A DNA stretch of 64,000 nt from Takakia lepidozioides (taxonomy: Eukaryota > Plantae > Bryophyta), in NCBI GenBank assembly GCA_030704615.1, contig CM060731.1, positions 95,418,001 to 95,482,000 of the forward strand. The letters run 5' to 3'. The translations under genes and the position numbers were made by a program. The notes below the pieces were generated by a model. The model was given only the letters and a program-made list of their open reading frames with translations. It had not been told where the DNA came from and did no database searches. Of the stretch, positions 50,112 to 62,500 are shown one piece after another. Position 1 is the first letter of the stretch. Each line of letters starts with the position of its first letter.

Positions 50112-51637
50112 CTATGACGCTCCGGATTTGCTCAAAAAGGTCATCCCTAAAATGAGATCCACTCCATCGATCTCGCAGATAGTGAAGTTCTCACGTCCCT
50201 CCCAACTCCCCAGTTGAAGAGGAACATCAAACGCCAACCTTGTCGCCAACTGAGGTTCTCCTTTGGCAGAGCGCACCTCAATAGAGGCCCCCACGTCACT
50301 TGTCGGGAGTCCCAACTTTCGCGCCGCCACCGGCGTCATGAAGGAGTGCGACGCTCCTGTGTCCACCAACAACGACACGTTAGTTCCGGATATTATCCCA
50401 TCCACGAACAATAATTGACTCCCTTTTCGCAGGGCGCCAGTTTCCTGATACAACTCACAAGAATAGTTGCCTACCTTGCAAGTCCTGGCGACTACCGCTT
50501 CCACCAAGCGACTGATGGTATCTTCTGACAGCTCCGTGGTCGCCCGAGTCATGTTCAATTGCCGGGGCTTCGTGCACTTCTTGGCCATGTGCCCGGGCTC
50601 CCCGCAATTGAAACACACTCCATCAAAGGTCGCCTTTTGTCCGCCATAAGCCGCTCCACCCGCTTTTCCTTTCGGAGCACCGGGTGCCGCCTTGACGTAC
50701 GAAGGCCCTCCCTTCGATTTCCACATGCCATTATCGCCGCGTGGCCTATCCCACTTCTTTTCCGGTCGGAAGGAGTCACCTTCCCGCCGGGTCTTCTTGT
50801 GGTTCAGCTCCGTACGGCCTTGTCTTTCACCCCTAGGGACATCCGAGAAACATTCAGCCCTCTCAATTGCCTCGTTCAAAGTCTTGGGTGGCTTCTCCTC
50901 CAACTTCCGCCTGGCCCATGGGGCCAGTCCCGCCACAAAGTTGAAGACCATTTCTGGTTCTGCCATGTCCGCGACTTCGAGCAACAGCACATTGAAAGCC
51001 TGGACGTTCCCCCGAATGTCATCTGTTTGCTTCAAATTCCTCATCTTGTCCCGGGCAAGCCAGGACGCGTTGAGGGGCACAAACTGTCTCTTCATCAATT
51101 CCTTGAACCCACTCCAGTTCAAGGTTTCCGGGCTTGGGCCTCGGTCGTGAAGGCGTTTCTGCCACCATTGTTGAGCATAGCCCCTCAAATAGGTGGGAGC
51201 CACTTCCACCCGATCCTCGTCACTCAACTTGGCCGCCCGGAAGTACTGCTCTAGCTCCAGGAGCCAGGTGTTGAGTGCCTTCCGGTTTCGAACGCCCTCG
51301 AAGGTGCCGGGTTCCTTAGGCTTCACCTTAAACTTTGCCTTAGTGGAAGTGGCATTAGCCGCCTTCAACACGTCTTTCAACGTCCCGCCAAACTGCGCCA
51401 ACAACCCTTCCCAAAAGGCTGCCGGCATGGGAGGCATCTCTTGGTTTGTCGGAGCTCTCAAGGATTCCTCGGGCTCCGACTCCTCGGATTCCTCCCGCTC
51501 CTGAGCGGCCTCGTTTTCGGAAACATTCATCGCTTCCTCAAACGGCCGCCTCGGTGACACGTCGCCCCCATCGGGCTCACCGGGATCATCATCTTTTGGG
51601 CCGTTCCGCTTTCGCTTCGGCTTGCCCGACCCCATGA
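50112..51637 (-). CDS. Chromovirus gag and aspartic protease
   Basis: [10 protein letters not shown]...[20 protein letters not shown] knuckle, [11 protein letters not shown]. Confidence 0.93.
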
Positions 51638-51676
51638 TGAGGCCAATCCCAAGGACGATCGCGTACTGAACTCTAA

Positions 51677-51688
51677 GCTCTGATACCA
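51677..51688 (-). promoter_or_regulatory. Primer binding site, tRNA-iMet
   Basis: rc TGGTATCAGAGC 2 nt from the 5' LTR. Confidence 0.95.
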
Positions 51689-51690
51689 AA

Positions 51691-52438
51691 TGTCGCGCAC
51701 CTCACTCGGTAAGCTCCCCTTCAAGTCATAGTTACTCGCTTTGATGCGCGCGCCTGACTCCCAACCTGGCCGCCCGGGCCAACTTGGAGCTTCGGCTGCT
51801 CACCGGGACATAACGGTCCCCCCTTCGCTTCCTTCTAAACCCTCCACCTCTTTGGGACTAGGAGAATTCCCTTTGGTAGATGGCAGTCCGGAACAGCTCC
51901 CCACTCTTTGGTCGCTTTCCGGCTCGCTCGCTTACTCACTAGTTTTTGGTCACCAACGGGCTTGCACCGTTCTCGGGGTTACTACTCCCTATATATACTT
52001 CTGTAGCTGTCCGCGGGGGTTCCACAACCAGCCATGCCATTTTATGGCGAACCACCACGAAAATCCTCGACTCCCGGTGGTGAGTCGCGGTGAGTCTTGG
52101 CCCGCTCACCACGGCCCCTATGGACCGTGATGAGTCCCAAGACTCCCCACGACTCCCACCACGAGGTCTCCGCCCCCATGGTGAGTCCTATGCCACCCCC
52201 ACTAAGTCCCACTAAGCTACCACCACCCCTTGTGGAGCCAACCCCACCGCTTGTGGAGCCACCCCCACCGCAACCCGGTGTGCGGGGCTCCACCTAGTGA
52301 GCGCCTCCGCTTCCCTGAGTGCCTTGGGCACTCAAGGGTGCCTCAGCCCCCCCATACCTATCGCTGCCGCTGCCCCCACCACAGGGGCAGCCCCTGATGT
52401 GTCCCGACCCCCTGCCCTCAAGGCAAAGGGCCGCGACA
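51691..52438 (-). repeat. Chromovirus 5' LTR (748 bp)
   Basis: Adjacent to the PBS; TSD follows. Confidence 0.97.
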
Positions 52439-52919
52439 GAAACGGTGCAACACATAGAACTGCTTGGCATTACAAACAGACATGCAGTGTGGTGGTTCTT
52501 TGCAATGCGCACACTTAAATGTGGAGTTCGGAACCTTCTCCTGAGCTCGAAATGGTTGATGAGCTGTGCCTGTCCAATCGGTCTCGTTCCTGTGACCTCT
52601 GGGTTTAAAGTGGAAGCAAGTTGGGGAGAAACACCGCAACGCGCCCGCACACCATCGAGCATCTTCATGCTGGTGGTTTTGGTAACGCACCAAGGATGAC
52701 CGTCATGTTTTCTATCCATATCTGTCAACATTCCGGACGCCCTCGAGTAGTCCGCCCGAGGAGGGAACTCAAAGAAGATATTACCGTCGACGTCGGCGGG
52801 AAGGCATGTAACCGATTTAATTGTGAACTTGCTGTGTGTCCGAGCGACAAAGCCTGATCCAAATCCAGGGAGCCAACTATCTCAAAAATCCACAGTCAGA
52901 GTGTTAATGAACCTTGTCT

Positions 52920-55330
52920 CCGGAATGCGGCCCCCGGTCTTTGCGCAATAACTACCAACGGTATGCAGTCATAAAGTGGGGGGCCGTCCGGATGATGTCG
53001 GCTGAAGGGGAGAAGCCGGCACCGTGCCGTCACATTACTACCCCCGAATGGAAATTCGGCACCCAATATCCAACAGGGGCCGCATGGATGACGTCGTCTG
53101 GGGCAGAGATGCCGGCACCTGTCCGACAGAGAACATCCCCCGGATGGAAATTCAGCGCCGAATTTCCATTCGGATCCCCCCAAAGGAAGTCCTGTCGGGG
53201 GGTCAGGCCGAAAACTGGCCGACATAAAAACCTCCGCGGATGGAAAAACGGCGCCGAATTTCCATCCGAGGCCTTTCGGATGCAGTCGGCTCGAGGGACA
53301 GGCCGCCATCTGGCCCTCACACTACAACCCCCGGACGGAAATTTGGCACCGAATATACAACAGGGGAAGCCCGGATGAAGTCGCCTCGGGCGCAGAGGCC
53401 GGCGCGTGTGCGACAGAGAACATCCCCTGGAGGGAGATTCGGCGCCGAATTTCCATCCGGGCCCCCCCAAAGGAAGTCGTGTCGGGGGGTCAGGCCAAAA
53501 ACTGGCCGCAATAAAAACATCCCCAGATGGAACAACGGCACTGAATTTCCATCCGGGGCCGTTCCAATGCAGTCGGGGAGGGGGGAGAGGCCGGCACCTG
53601 GCCGTCACATTTCAACCCCCGGACGGAAATTCGGCACCGAATATCCAATAGGGGACGCCCAGATGAAGTCGCCTCGGGCGTAGAGGCCGACACGTGCTCG
53701 ACAGAGAGCATCCCCTGGATGGAGATTCGGCGCCGAATTTCCATCCGGGCCCCCCAAAGGAAGTCGTGTCGGGGGGTCAGGCCGAAAACTGGCCGACATA
53801 AAAACCTCCCCAGATGGAAAAACGGCGCCGAATTTCCATCCGGGGCCGTTCCAATGCAGTCGGGGAGGGGGGAGAGGTCGGCACCTGGCCGTCATATTTC
53901 AACCCCCGGACGGAAATTCGGCACCGAATATCCAACAGGGGACGCCCGGATGAAGTCGCCTCGGGCGTAGAGGCCGACACGTGCTCGACAGAGAGCATCC
54001 CCTGGATGGAGATTCGGCGCCGAATTTCCATCCGGGCCCCCCCAAAGGAAGTCGTGTCGGGGGTCAGGCCGAAAACTGGCCGACATAAAAGCCTCCCCAG
54101 ATGGAAAAACGGCGCCGAATTTCCATCCGGGGCCGTTCCAATGCAGTCGGGGAGGGGGGAGAGGCCGGCACCTGGCCGTCATATTTCAACCCCCGGACGG
54201 AAATTCGGCACCGAATATCCAACAGGGGACGCCCGGATGAAGTCGCCTCGGGCGTAGAGGCCGGCACGTGTTCGACAGAGAGCATCCCCTAGATGGAGAT
54301 TCGGCGCCGAATTTCCATCCGGGCCCCCCCAAAGGAAGTCGTGTCGGGGGGTCAGGCCGAAAACTGGCCGACATAAAAGCCTCCCCAGATGGAAAAACGG
54401 CGCCGAATTTCCATCCGGGGCCATTCCAATGCAGTCGGGGAGGGGGGAGAGGCCGACACCTGGCCGTCATATTTCAACCCCTGGACGGAAATTCGGCACC
54501 GAATATCCAACAGGGGACGCCCGGATGAAGTCGCCTCGGGCGTAGAGGCCGGCACGTGTTCGACAGAGAGCATCCCCTGGATGGAGATTCGGCGCCGAAT
54601 TTCCATCCGGGCCCCCCAAAGGAAGTCGTGTCGGGGGGTCAGGCCGAAAACTGGCCGACATAAAAACCTCCCCAGATGGAAAAACGGCGCCGAATTTCCA
54701 TCCGGGGCCGTTCCAATGTAGTCGGGGAGGGAGGACGCTGGCACCTGGCCGTCATATTTCAACCCCCGGACGGAAATTCGGCATCGAATATCCAACAGAG
54801 CGGCGGAGAGGCCGGCACCTCTCCGACAGAGACCATCCCCCGGATGGAAATTCGGCGCCGAATTTCCATCAGGGCCCCCTCAAAGGAAGTCGCAAAAACC
54901 TCCCAGAATGGAAAAACGACTAGCAGTCAAGGATTCCAAGAAAAACGTGTCTACAAGTGCACTTCAGCCACAAAACAAACAGTAAGGTTTGTTTTTCTCC
55001 GAAAAATCAATCGGACACGCTCAGAATTACCTGCAGGAAGGTAATTCAGTGCTTCAAAATACCTGGGGAATGGAAATTCGGCGCTGAATATCCATACGCC
55101 AGTGATCCGACTTACCTGCTGCATGGAAATCCGGCGCCGGATTTCCATCCATCCGCTTCTGAATTACCTGCGTGAGGGAAATTTGGCGCGCCGCCCTACC
55201 TGCGCGGATAGAAATCCGGCGCCGGATTTCCATCCATCCGCTTCGGAATTACCTGCGTGAGGGAAATTTCGCGCGCCGCCCTACCTTGCAGGATGCAAAT
55301 TCGGCACTGAATTTCCATCTTGCTGCGCTC
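52920..55330. repeat. Tandem array, ~287-bp unit x ~6, three GGAAATTCGGCGCCGAATTTCC-type palindromes per unit, followed by shorter repeats
   Basis: GGAAATTCGGCACCGAATATCC recurs at ~53625, 53912, 54199, 54487, 54773; the array lies between the divergent transposase and ParB-like genes. Confidence 0.95.
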
Positions 55331-56146
55331 TGAATTACCTCTACGTTGGAAATTCCGGGCCTCTTTCCGTTGATTTTCATCCGACATGGAGGGCTTCATC
55401 CGACATTTAATTGCGCAGATGGGCAATAAATGTCCACCGCCGTCCGTTTTCATTCGGGCTGGCGACACATGGCTTCCTAGATACGTACCCTAAATCTGAT
55501 GCTAATCTTGGCTTAACATGCTATTCGAGGCATGTACCCCAAAAACGGAGATCTTTTTCCATTTTGGCTGGGACTTATGCCGCCTGAAGGGCGTGGCTCT
55601 CCTGAGAGAGACCTCACATCCAGACCGCGGCGGAAGTTGAAAGCTCTGTACTACGGACGACGGCCAATCTCTCACATGGCCAAACTGAAGCTCCAGCAGG
55701 AGATTCCAGTGTCTTGCTCACAACCCGCGCCAACTGAAGCCGAGTACTCTCAGGCAAGCCACTTTTGCTTTCGCTTTGTTCGATTTCTTTTTTGCTTTTG
55801 CTTTCGCTTTCGCTTTGTTGCCTCGCTTTGTTTTTGCATCTTCATCCTGGCTTCGCTGGATGAGTGAACCTTAGATAGTTGAGTGAACCTTAGATTGTTT
55901 GCAATGCGTGTGCAAATCCGGCAGCTCTGGAGAAGGCTGCTTGTGCATGTCATTCTCAGGCAATGGTTGCATTTGTTTTCATTGTTGTTGCATGGCTCTC
56001 CATACTTCCTAAACTTGTTATGTTTTCATTTTTGTTACACTTGTTTCTATGGTGGTTGCGCTGCTCGTTGCGATGCTGGTTTTGGCACCGATGTTGGTTC
56101 TCACGATTTTTGGGAATGACAGAGTGACGACGAGCCCGGCACGCTG

Positions 56147-58815
56147 GTGGTATCATCGACAGCTCCAACTCATCGCATGTTTGAATCGCCCAACTTGGGG
56201 CAAGAGGGCAAACTTAAACCTTTTGTTGGTGGACGGGAGGACTTGCAACGAGAGTACGACATAATAGGCATTGGGGAGGTTGGTGCAGGCGGCATGGCAG
56301 GTGAAGGGCGTGAGGACATGAGGACAGCAGATCCGGCAATGGAGGTTGTTGATGCACATGCAGTAGGGCCCGCCCACGCAAAGAAAAAGAAGAAAGCTAA
56401 GCACATGCAATCCCCGGCGAGAGAGCCGTCACGGGCTGCGGAGGGGGGAATGAGCAGTGCGCGCGAGGGTGTCAGTTCGCCTCAATCAAAGGTGGTCGTC
56501 CTGGAGGGCTCCCCTGCTGCTAGCCCTAGTAAGAAACAGAAAACCCGTGAGAGGGCAAAAGAGAGGGCAAAAGAACAGACGAGACAGAATGCTAGCCAGG
56601 AGGAAAGAGAAAAGGCCACTGAAGAGGCCAGGGGTGCCCAAATGACAGATGCCAATGTAAGCGAGGGACGCACAGAGACGGTGGATCCCTCCAAGACACC
56701 ACAGAGAGGCAGTAACACACCGGTTAGACCATCGCGGGCAAGAGCAGCCCCTGCAATTACCCATACGGTGGAGAGTGGAGGAGAGGAAAGAACACCAGAA
56801 AGAGCACGGATTGTGCAAGTTCGAGGTGAAGCCAGGGAGAGGGCAGTAGAGACGGGGAGAGTGCTGGAGGTGGTTTCGCAGGTGGCTGACCCTGTTGAGG
56901 AGGACGACAGGGAGCTTTCTGACCAGGATGACATCCTCCCGGACATCCCCAGGCCCCAAACCCGGAGCATACAGGCTGGATTTGGCGGTCCTGGTGGGCT
57001 GCCGGAAAACCCCTCTGCAGCAGACGTCATGTCTGAGGCGGATATGAAGTTGGCCGTTGCCAAGATGTTGGAGGCAACCCACAACAACATTGGCAGGGTG
57101 CTGGGGGGCATGGTGTACCCGGCCAAGCTTCGAATTCCCCTTTGCCGCTTGGTGTCATTGCAGGTGGTGAGACCTGCCCTCCCAGGCGATATCGACAAGC
57201 TGAAATTCTCTTTCCGGGATGGATATCGAATGGGGTCTGCCGCGTTTTACGTTGCCATTGAGAACGACCACGGAGCTTCCCGTGCCCACACTTCCGATGA
57301 GGTGGACAAATGGGGTCCCCATTGGCAAACGCGAAATGAGGAGTTCGAGAGATCAATTGCTAGTGATCCTCTTTTCCAGCACTTGTCCGGTAAGATGTTC
57401 TACGTGTGGGACGGCAATCATCGCCTCCTGGCATGGATGGAGCACATTGCCCAAGCCCACCCCAACGACCTCGATTGGCATTTCGCCGTGGATTGTGTTG
57501 TGCTGAAGGTTGTGGGGCCCAAAGATCACAGTCTTCTCAAAGCTGCAATGGCGGACATCAACTCGTAAGTTACAACGCCTCTCGTTTTTGGACTTTGAAT
57601 TTGGAAGTCATTTCATTGCGAATCCTCATATATGATGAAAATTCCCATTTCAGTATTGTTTGATGGAAATGTGGCACTGCAGGGTGACTGAGAATGCCTT
57701 CATTGCCACCAACTTGTCCCATATGCTCTTCCGAGTGAAGGATGTCGGGAAGCAGGGGGTGCCAATTCCCTCAGTGCCGACCTCCTGCGCAAGTCGGAGG
57801 CAAAGGCAGACAGAACCTGGTATAGGCTGAGCGTCGACGCCATGGTGGACTACATATTTCGGGTAAAGCTCCTGACAGTTTTGTTGAGCTAATCTGTCTC
57901 TCCTCCCCCAATAGAAGAAAAGGTCTTCACCGTGATTTCTAATCTCCTCCCCCAATAGAAGAAATTGTGTTGAGCAGGATCTCTAATCTTATGTGCGCAT
58001 TCTTGACATACGAAAATACAGCAGGATTTGGCACATGCGCGGAGGTTCTACATGGAGTCAGAGGAGAAGAATCCAACCCTCCCGGCACTCGAATCGTATG
58101 TCAAAGCTGCGGATGTGAGGGCCCGCATAAAGTACAAGTCGCGGATGGTAAAGTACGTGGCCATAGCTGATCCCGCCCTTGGTGCCGACTTTCTGGTGGA
58201 GGTGGGGAAGCACTACTCTCGCGCTCTGAAGCCCACGATGACATTGGAGAAGCTCCATCGTCTAGCCACATCCTGTGTGGATGCAACAGAAAAGGTGATA
58301 CATTCTTAACCAAATTGTGGTGGCAACAACTCGTTTTTGTGGTGTTTGGCGCTTACGAATATGCTGGGTGGTTGGACAGACCCGGTGGCTCCAAATCTGG
58401 AATGGTTCCCAAAGTACCAGGGACATGTGGAGCTTCCCCAAACCGGACAAACTCTCTGACCCCACATTCGACATGTGGATGAACCGCATGACATGTTGGT
58501 TTCAGGTACTTCCCCACGCTTCGTTTGGGGCTTCTACTCTAGTAGGGGGTGGATTCATTGTATTTTTTCAGGAAAGCGATCTGATGGAGAATCTCCACAG
58601 GTGACGACGAATGCGCAAGAGCAGCTGGACACACAAGCACATCAGTTCAAGATGGAGATATCTCCTGCAGCAGAGAGCCTACGTGACTATGTGACGAGGT
58701 ACTTTCTGCTCTACAAAACCAACCTATTCTTTCGGGAGATAGCAGATGCTCGCCGGAGCCACGAGTTCACCGACCAGCCGAACGCGGACAAAGCAGCAAT
58801 GCGCCTTCTGTACAG
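56147..58815 (+). pseudogene. ParB/Srx-like gene, subfamily B (5 exons; methyltransferase-like exons absent)
   Basis: Disordered charged N-terminus, then RIPLCRL..LQVVRPALPGDIDKLK.SF..GY...FYV...MFYVWDGNHRLLAW. Exons ~56147-57564, 57683-57861, 58025-58293, 58379-58505, 58601-58815 match subfamily A exons; exon 2 appears frameshifted. Confidence 0.75.
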
Positions 58816-58922
58816 GTACATACGCGCTGCCTTTCTTTCAAGTCCTTGCATTTCAGGATGTTAGAGGCCTCATGTGGTGTTAGGGAAAATGGCGCCGAAT
58901 TTCCAGTCAGGGCTCCAAAAAT

Positions 58923-59560
58923 GGCTAAGTCCCTAGACTGGCTGGCCCTGAACTGGAAATTCGGCGCCATTTTCCAGTTCTAGGCCCTATTGCCGTTCAG
59001 GGACTTGGCCATTTTCGGGCTAAGTCCCTAGACTGGCTGGCCCGGAACTGGAAATTCGGCGCCATTTTCCAGTTCTAGGCCCTATTGCCGTTCAGGGACT
59101 TGGCCATTTTCGGGCTAAGTCCCTAGACTGGCTGGCCCTGAACTGGAAATTCGGCGCCATTTTCCAGTTCCAGGCCCTATTGCCGTTCAGGGATTTCGCC
59201 ATTTTCGGGCTAAGTCCCTAGACTGGCTGGCCCCGAACTGGAAATTCGGCGCCATTTTCCAGTTCTAGGCCCTATTGCCGTTCAGGGACGTAGCCATTTT
59301 CGGGCTAAGTCCCTAGGGTGGCTGGCCCTGAAGTGGAAATTCGGCCCCATTTTCCAACTCTAGGCCCTATTGCCGTTCAGGGACTTAGCCATTTTCGGGC
59401 TAAGTCCCTAGACTGGCTGACCCCGAATTGGAAATTCGGCGCCATTTTCCAGTTCTAGGCCCTATTGCCGTTCAGGGACTTAGCCATTTTCGGGCTAAGT
59501 CCCTAGGGTGGCTGGCCCTGAACTAGAAATTCGGCGCCATTTTCCAGTTCTAGGCCCTAT
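58923..59560. repeat. Tandem repeat, 95-bp unit x ~6.7, with GGAAATTCGGCGCCATTTTCC and internal GGGACTTAGCC...GGCTAAGTCCC inverted repeat
   Basis: GGCTAAGT recurs at 58923, 59018, 59113 and onward; cut off at 59560. Confidence 0.95.
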
Positions 59561-62500
59561 GAGGGTTACTATTTCATGAGCGCATGAGCCCATGAGCCTA
59601 TGAGCCTATGAGCTCATGAGCGGGCATCCGCGGAATTGGAATTTTCCTGCCTTTATGGACGGTGTTATGTCCTCTTACCTCGGTAATAGGGTCTGTTTCT
59701 CCTGGTCCAGGATGCGGAATGAGGAATTTCGGCGCCATTATTCCCAAGAGCAGTGTGCTAAAATGGTGTTTTGAAGACATCCACCGGGGTATTTCGGCAC
59801 CGAAATTACCTCTTAAAATGTGATATAGTGCGGTATTTAAAGGCGCAGAACGGGCAATTTCGGCGCCGAAATACCCAAGTGGAATGTGGTGAAGTGCCTT
59901 GTGCTGAAGGCTTCCATCGCAATATTTTGGTGCAGTAATTCATCCGTGGAATTTTTGAGGCCCATATAACGAAGGCGCAAACTGGGCTATTTCGGCGCCA
60001 AATTTCCGAATAGGAATGTTAGAAACGGCAGGGTTTTCATGGCTTCAAGTTCCCGGCTCGATGGTGTGCATAAATTACTTGTAGGGTTCTTCAATGAAGT
60101 TTGCGTCTCTTCTGCTTTTATTATAGATTTTGGTTGGCGGAAGAAATGTAGGGAATGGACAAGAAGTCTGAACACAATGATTTTTCAAATTGTCAATATT
60201 TTCATTAAGTGTTTCAGAACTGTACAACAAAAGGATCCAAATGAGACTTTGCTATGGTGAGGATCCGCTATCACTGTCCGATGCATCCCCGCCCTCATGC
60301 AAGGATGGCTGCCTTCCACCTGCCTCCGAACCTGCACTGCCGCTACCGCTGTTACTCTGAGAAGCCCTCCCCTCAAAAATACCATCCTCACCAGCCGGAA
60401 CTGTCCACCTGGGTGCGGAAGTGTCCTCAACATTCCCCTCGCTCTCGGACGCGGATTCCATTACGAACTTCCCTACTATGCCTTTCACAATTCTATGTTT
60501 GGCCTCACGCCTCATTATAATTCTCTGCTCATTCCCGTATGTCAATTGCTCTAACCGAGTAGGCCTATCCTCCCTCCTGATGGCTTCTTTGGCAGCCGTG
60601 TCTGCATAGGCTGGTAGAAAAAAGGGCTTCTGGGGACTCGCGAGAAACGATTTTCTGACAAAGAATGGCCGATGCGATTCTGTCTCCTCCTCTGCAACAG
60701 GGTCCGATTCGAGCAAGTCTCCCAGCTTCTCCTCGTCGGACGACTCTGCAAGGCTGAGTGTACGCACAAACATAGAATGAAGTACATTAGAGAATTCAAA
60801 CAGGGAATTTTCGGCAGGTTGCATCGTCCCTACAACCGAAACCAATACACTTACTATGGTGCAACTCACTCGAAGACAGGCATTGGGGGAGGCTTCGGGC
60901 GCCCCTGCATCGAACGAATTTCCCGGACTTCCTCCTCTTCATCTTCCTCCTCTCCTCCCACGTCCTCTTCTGCGTTTTTGGGATCCTCAGTCGGAGGCAG
61001 ACGCTGAAGGCCCGCCAAATTGTAATCGTACAAGGCCGTATCCCCCTCAAATGAGAACACAAATTGGTTCGACATCCTTCCCGCCCACATACAGGCACCT
61101 GCGAATTCATACGACACAACCACAGCCAAACTCAAGAATGAGTCGCTTCCTCGCACAAGCAAACATACAGAAACGGAAATGGTGTCAATTTCGGTGCCGC
61201 ATTCAATTAACGTTCTCACCTGTATTTGCAGTGACGTCAAGGACCCTGCCTTCAACATCCATACACGTTTCCATGAGCGTCTGGATGAATGCAGGACTCC
61301 TGGTCCTGCCATACCTCCATGGCTTGCCCGACAAATCACAAAGAATGTCCTTCTCTCCCACATGGTTGAACAGGACGTTATACTCCAGTGGATCAACTGT
61401 GGAATCAACAAGTCTTCCTGCTTCACGTAATTTGAATTTTGAATGTTCCTTCACGAAGCAAAATGCCTGAAAGATAAGAGTCTGCAGAGAAGAAAATGAA
61501 AACGTCAGAGGTGGCTTACACGTACAGGGGCAATTTCGGCGCAGAAATTGACATAGCAGAGGAGAACCACAGCATACCTTCTGGCCATCGTTGAGAAGAC
61601 CCTGCGTGTTGATGCAAGTCCAGATCTTTTTCAGGATGGGTGCTGCACTTCTCCCCGTCCATACTTTGATATCATTCTCAGTGACTTCTCCATCGGCTAC
61701 TAGCACAACAATACAGCCAACGTCGTCCAACATGTTGGCTGCGAACCCGAATGTGTGGCTCCAGTATCTTTCGTCGTACTTGTTCCACCAGGGAACTGAG
61801 CCCTGCCCCAGTATCTCCTGCCCATCCGGGATATCCACAAGGATCATGTCGATGGAGGCTTTCACCGCCCTGCCCCCGACTGTGCTCTTTTTGCCGTGGC
61901 TCATCGCCACAAAATACTCCATCATCTTTGTGTAACCAGGAGTGTCCTCCATATCATTGCCAGTGGCCTTCCTCTTCCCCTTCCCCTGGTGGGCCTCGAT
62001 CGCCTTCCTCAATCTCGTTATCTCCAGCCTTCTGGTCAGAGCAGTTAGGAAATTTTCATTAACACACTCCACAATTGTGGGTGTTTTGAGGACTTCCCTG
62101 CCCGCAATGTGCACCGCACGGTAGGGTCTGCCAAGTGCATCCTCGTATAGTGATCTCTTCGCAGCCGACCCCCCGGAGCGCTGGCCCTTGTGAATTTTCG
62201 GACGAGGTATGGCCCCCTGGGTGTTTTCCTGCTGGAAATCGTCGTCGGAATCCTCCTCATCTGGCTGACTGTGTTGCTACTTCTTCTTCTTGGGTGTGGG
62301 GGTCTTCGTCTCTTGCCCCTGTTTGCGCGTTCTTTTCTTCCTGTCCTTGGGCTGCTCAGCTGCCTGCTTCTCCATCTGCTCCTTCGCCAACGCTGCCGCC
62401 TTGGCTGACTTTCTCAGTGCTTTCTGCTTGGCTGCCTCCTCTGCTTTCAGTCTTTCCGCGTCCTCTGGTTGGGGATCCGATTGCGCCTTCATAGCCCTGG

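Larger units (their letters stand above)
45421..52438 (-). mobile_element. Full-length chromovirus (Ty3/gypsy), very recent insertion
   Basis: LTRs 45421-46169 and 51691-52438 (TG...CA), TSD GAAAC (45416-45420, 52439-52443), iMet PBS, gag-PR-RT-RH-INT-chromodomain. Confidence 0.97.
42853..52900 (-). pseudogene. MULE transposase (N-terminal GCM/WRKY-like Cys-His region, DDE core, C-terminal SWIM), interrupted by the chromovirus
   Basis: N-terminus DMDRKHDGHPW...CAGALRC...CAHC...C...CNAK(52444)|RACIHVGSHCH(45400); WVMFDH, FMADNAQANW, CGFH; intron ~44272-44356; TTNMAESVH; SWIM CNCTDF...PCKHLYYIY; a few 1-bp frameshifts. Confidence 0.9.
42030..59560 (+). mobile_element. MULE-type transposon, subfamily B (left terminus to right subterminal repeats; right end displaced by element C)
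   Basis: Terminus at 42030 exactly where A2/A1 identity stops; then 74-bp repeats, transposase (-), 287-bp array, ParB-like gene (+), and 95-bp repeats related to the 74-bp ones. Confidence 0.8.

Noticed and set aside
55750-55840. Lys/Arg/Gln-rich or Phe-rich ORFs
   Set aside because: A (TTTYGC)n-like simple repeat, probably non-coding leader.
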